This document shows positions 59,131-64,000 of a stretch of 64,000 nucleotides of DNA, in pieces. The position numbers and the translations under genes are program-made. Source of the stretch: Vicugna vicugna (taxonomy: Eukaryota); contig PNXW01004639.1 of the NCBI GenBank assembly GCA_013265495.1, forward strand, positions 248,001-312,000, given 5' to 3'. The notes under the pieces are model-generated. The model was not told where the DNA came from. It did no database searches and saw nothing but the letters and a program-made list of their open reading frames with translations. Positions within the stretch are counted from its first letter, which is position 1. Each line of letters opens with the position of its first letter.

Positions 59131-62100
59131 TCCTTGGTGTTAAGCAAAGTATGCCAGATAAGGTACCTTTCTCCTTATCACAAATATCTGCACATCTTCC
59201 TAAAGGGAGATTAACTAGCATTAGAAAATCATCCGCTTAAAGTTTCTTTGTTTGGGAATTCTGCTTCCTTGTTCATTGGATATGGTACTTTATCGCCCCA
59301 ATAAAGTCTCCACCTTACCAAGAGAGCAAAACCAAGTTGTAGAGATATCCCATGAGACTTAAGAATGAGGATTTACCAGGATTATGCCATTGGCAGAGAC
59401 TGTAAAAAAATAACTTACCATAAGGCCACCCTCTCAACCCAAATTCTCTGCTTCAGAAAATGTAATACAAACAGTTCAGAATATCTCCAAAATTACCTGC
59501 AGCAATTTCCAACCCTTCCCTAACAACAACAAAAAAAAAAACCCTAAGGAGTATGCAAAACTGCTTTGTCACTGCAGCTCTGATCACTGAGAGAGATACC
59601 AGTTATGCCATGGGTCTCAGGACCCTTTCCTGCAGGCAGAGGGAGGAAAGACAGTGTGAATCATGTCTATGCATGCTTAGGTGTTGCCTTTGATGAAGCA
59701 TAATGAGTTGGAAACTTATTTTGTTTGGTCTCGGGCTCAAAATTAATCTAGCCCAAGGTTAAGAAGACCCTGAAACCCAACTCAGTGAGTGATGTCTCCT
59801 TCCTCCTGTTGCTCAGACACGACACCTGGGGTTTATCCTTGGTTTTCTTTCCTCAAACTCATCTCCAGTCCGTCATCAGCAAATCCTACTGGCTCTTAAT
59901 AAAATCTTCCAAACGCAAGCACTTAACCACTTCCCTTGCCCCTCTGTTCCACGCCATTCTCTTGTAACTGGAGCAGCCCACCCATGGGCATTTCTGAGTC
60001 CACATAGGAGTTCCTGCCTTTGACCTGTTTCTATATTCTACTGTCCCTGTTGCAAATAGAATTGGTTTTCTGCAAATATAAACTAGATAATGACATTCTA
60101 CTGTTAAAAGAAAAAAAAAGAAAATACAATAAAAACTTCCCTTTACACTTAGACCAAAATCTTTTTTGGTCAAGAAAGCTCTAGATTCTCAATCTTGATT
60201 GCACAGTGAGAATCACCTGGAAATTATGAAAATACTAACTTAGCTGGGCACATTGCATTTTACGGTTCCCTGGAAAGTTCCAGTGTTCACCTGAGATTGA
60301 AAACTCCTCCTCCAGGGTCCCTCCTCCTCCCACGCCCCACCCCCACATTGCCTTCTTGATATTTTCTGAACATCCAAAGATCATTTCTGTCTCCAAACAT
60401 GGTTCACTCTTCCCTCAGCTCTTTTAAGGATCTAGTCTTCCACGCGTTTAAATCTCTGTTCAAAATATTAACTTCACTAAAACATTTTCCTTGGCTAACC
60501 TAGTTAACCACTCCCTGTTTCTTTACCTGATACATTTGTAGCATTTATGTGGAATTATTTTCTTTCTTTCCTGTTTGTTGTTGGTCTTCCTCACAGGACT
60601 GGCAGCTTCACGAAGATGGACGCTGTGTCTGTCCCATTCACTGAAATGATGGGTACTATTTCTCTAATTTGTATATTTCGGGTGAATAAAAGGATAAATC
60701 AAGATTCTGGGATCAAGAATTGCTACACTAGGTCCTTGTGGCTTATGGAATTCTTTATTCAGAAGGCTTTTGTTGTTGTTCTATTTGCAGCCTTGGACTT
60801 TCCTACTGGAAATAGTCAAGGAGACTGTTGCTTTTATTTGTTTAACTGTGTTGCTATGTTCTTCTGTTTTACTTCCTGCCTGAGATACAGACCATCTGGT
60901 TGGACTTGCAAGTGAGTTGGCTGACTCCATGGTAAGGATTCTGTGCTACATGTCTCTCTGTTGAAGGGGTGGGATCCACCACTTGTCTTAAGAGGAAGGT
61001 ACCAGGGGGTAATCCCTGGGCTATATGCTGAAAGCCAGTCACATTCTTTCTCTTCATTCATGTGTCCCCTTTCATCTTCTGATGTGAAAGCATTGCTCTT
61101 CTCCCTTCCTGATCCAGTGGGAGGCATTTGCTTACAGGGGACTTAACCTTCTGCCCATCTCCATCCCCGTGATTTGGGTCTGGAGTCCCGGTCACTCACT
61201 AAGTGGTCCATGATGGCTACATCCCAGCTCCACGGCAAATGCTGCAAATCTTCCTCCTGCATTAGAACTTGAATGAGAGCGCTTAGGGTTGCACAGCCTG
61301 TGAGAAGAGCTGAAGTCTGAACTTGTCATTTGACGGCAAGAACAGAGCACTCCATATTTTATGCTACTCTTCTAAGGCTTGGAGAGAATCTGCTGAGAGA
61401 GTGAGAGGGCTGACAGAACCTGGGAGAAACTCTAAAACCAAGACATAGAAAGAATGAAAAGCAGAGTGAGAAATTTTGCTTTGGGTTAGTGAACAGACAC
61501 CCATCTGGCTATTTTAAGCAGAAAGGGATTTACCAGAGGGAAATAAGTGCTAGTAAGAACGTAGACTATATGATGACAAAACAGTGGGAACAATCATTTT
61601 TCTTTTTAAATTGAAAAACAGTGAGAAAAAAAATCAAAGATGTCCTAAGCATATGTGGGCAGAATCCTTTTTCAATGAGAATGATTCTGAAACACAAAAT
61701 GTGAAGTCTGTGACACATGAACAACAATGAAGAAGAAAATGATTACCCGCCTCCCCAGATTCTCTGTTTTTCCTCCGTTAGATGCTTTTCCCCCCTTAAA
61801 TTACAAAAGTAATATACACACAATAGCAAATCAAGCCACAGAAACGTGTAGAGAGAGAAAGTTGACTAATACACCCATGCAATTTCTCTAATTCTATTAA
61901 CCAGTGTTAATGGCTTTTCATCAATCAACACATTTTGAATTCAGATAATATATGTTTATTTGTGGGAGAAGTTACAAAAGAGAAACTAGAAGTAGAATAG
62001 CATGCCTTCAAAAGAAGTTCATTTCAGAGGATTACTGACAGAAATGCAATGACAGCTGAAATCCTTTATGGACTTATGAATAAAAGGATTTGGAACAACC

Positions 62101-63653
62101 AAGTTACCTTTTTGATATTTTGTTAGCTAATTCAAAAAATAAATTCTTATTGGTATTATTCTGGAAAGAAAAGGAATGCTTATTAAGGAAGACTGTGAAC
62201 TACTTAAGGTCTAGTATTATCACGACACCTAGTAAAGAACCTCACACGTGGTGAACATTTTCTACGTGTTCAGTTGAAACAGGAGAAAGACCATGTAAAC
62301 TCTTTTAAATTCCAGGCTTCTTTTTCATAATGTTAGCAGAGTTCTCATTTTACCTGTTACAGTTATTATTTTTCTCCACTATAATCATTAAAATAACACA
62401 TAACATGTTTATATTCAATTTATTGATGTGTTGCATCTAAATGACCATTGCTCCATTTCGGAAAAGTCCTGTGTGTTTAAGAGCTTGATGTATTTTCTCT
62501 TTGCTTTATTTTGTGATGATTGAATATTTTTTAGAATGTATGTTGCAAACCTTCAATATTCCATTTGTATAATAGTTCAAACAGATTTTCTTATTAGCTT
62601 GTGGCTGGTTTTTTGTTAGCTAGGTTTCTCCTTCTAGTTCTCTTTTCCTCCCTCCTTCTCTTCATCAGGAAATCAAGGCCCCGTAATAGGGGATTGGGTT
62701 ATAGTTACTGAGATGCAGTACCCATCCTGTTTGCATATGACTTAAATGATGACCAAATCCACAGCTCAACCAATTGGTTTTTAATGAGATTCTTGCAGAT
62801 TTATATTTTAGTTTGTGTCAGAAATAGGATTCTTTTGCATCATTAACCATGGAAAGGTTAAGGAAGAGAAAATGGAAAGTGAGAGGTTAAAAATATATAA
62901 GGTTAATTGAAATTTCAGGTTCTTCTGCAATTAAGGCAATTCCAGCTCAATTTGGTGACAACGAAACATGCTTTGGATTTGTGTTAGCTGTGGTTTTGAG
63001 GTGCAGATTTTTTTTCATTCTGGTTAGTTCTAATCTTGCTAACGATACCAATGATTCAGAAAAAATTTCATTTCCATTTGGATGTAGGCAGTTTCTTTAG
63101 TATAAATTTGAAAGCAAATACAGGACTTTCTAAAGCTAGACCTTACTTCTTTTCTTTCTGAAAAAGAGATGGTCAATGACAAGAGTGAAATTATCTTGAT
63201 CTGAAAAACAGAGCTTTAGTTAAAGAATGTCAGTTTCTTGTCCTAAAAGAATATTTTTAAATATAGTCTTATGTGGATGGTTGAGAGATTGTAATAAAGA
63301 TTAGTACATTACTTTCTTTTTATATTTATTAAAAAAGTAAAACTGACGGATTGTACTTATTATGAAATACTACTGAATATATCAGTAATACACATTTTTA
63401 TTGGCTGCCAAATTTTCTAGCAAATGCTCCATGACACATGAATGTGCTTCTAATTAAATCACTTTATTTGGGGGGAAACAGACCTCATCAGCCAGTTGTT
63501 TTAGTGTTTTACTGTTTCCATGACCTTACTTATTATTATAGATTTTTTTTTAGTTTTATGAACGAGGAATATATTGTCAATGTTTTGTAAACAGCACTAT
63601 AAATTAATACTTACAAAAGATGGCAGTTAAGTAGTTGATGTTGTTCGTGATGC

Positions 63654-63697
63654 TAATAAATAATAATAATAATAATAATAAATAATAATAATAATAA
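63654..63697. repeat. Imperfect (TAA)n microsatellite
   Basis: Read directly from the sequence; two single-A interruptions. Confidence 0.9.
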
Positions 63698-64000
63698 CGA
63701 CTCTATCTGAGTCAAATCCTAACTTTGCCACTTGTTTGCTGTGTGATTTTAGGCATGTTATTTGACTTTGGTTCCTATTCTGTAAAATGTCTCTGTTTAC
63801 ACATGTGTAAATTGGCAATAAAAACAATAGCTTGTTCTGAGGATTAATTCATAACTCAATACAGGTAATATGGGTTTTTATTTTTCTATTGAACAGAAGT
63901 TGCATATACTTTGAGCCAGTTCTTTTTCCTGAGCAGACGCACTCAGTCAATTTGGAGTGTCCTCCTTCCTTCCATCCAAGGATTGAGTTTATGTTCTGGG

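Overview
Mammalian genomic DNA, most likely a camelid (alpaca/llama/camel) judging from four copies of a tRNA-derived Vic-1-like SINE; the species call is an inference. The one well-supported protein-coding gene is AGA (lysosomal aspartylglucosaminidase) on the minus strand. It has 9 GT-AG exons from ATG 45274 to TAA 35929 (1062 nt, 353 aa), with exon 2-9 sizes matching those I recall for human AGA. A CpG-island promoter lies at about 44.9-45.95 kb and a proximal AATAAA at 35807-35812. The rest is intergenic: SINEs, L1 3' ends, ERV1/ERVL/MaLR LTRs, hAT DNA transposons, MIR, L2, CR1 and microsatellites. No exons of NEIL3, the usual neighbour, were recognised. Points worth a second look: (1) an unexplained CpG-rich island at 25.4-25.95 kb with a near-consensus Kozak ATG, a consensus donor and CTCF-like motifs, a candidate unannotated transcript convergent with AGA; (2) a CTG/CAG repeat expansion in the AGA signal peptide; (3) a consensus poison donor 23 nt after exon 4; (4) an inverted pair of homologous LTRs just past the AGA 3' end; (5) a composite ERV remnant about 0.7 kb upstream of the AGA ATG; (6) a dense CAGCTG E-box cluster at 53.5 kb; (7) a weak AGA-exon-1-like trace at the window start. 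I found no clear-cut novel system. Repeat family names are by-eye recognitions and need RepeatMasker/Dfam confirmation.
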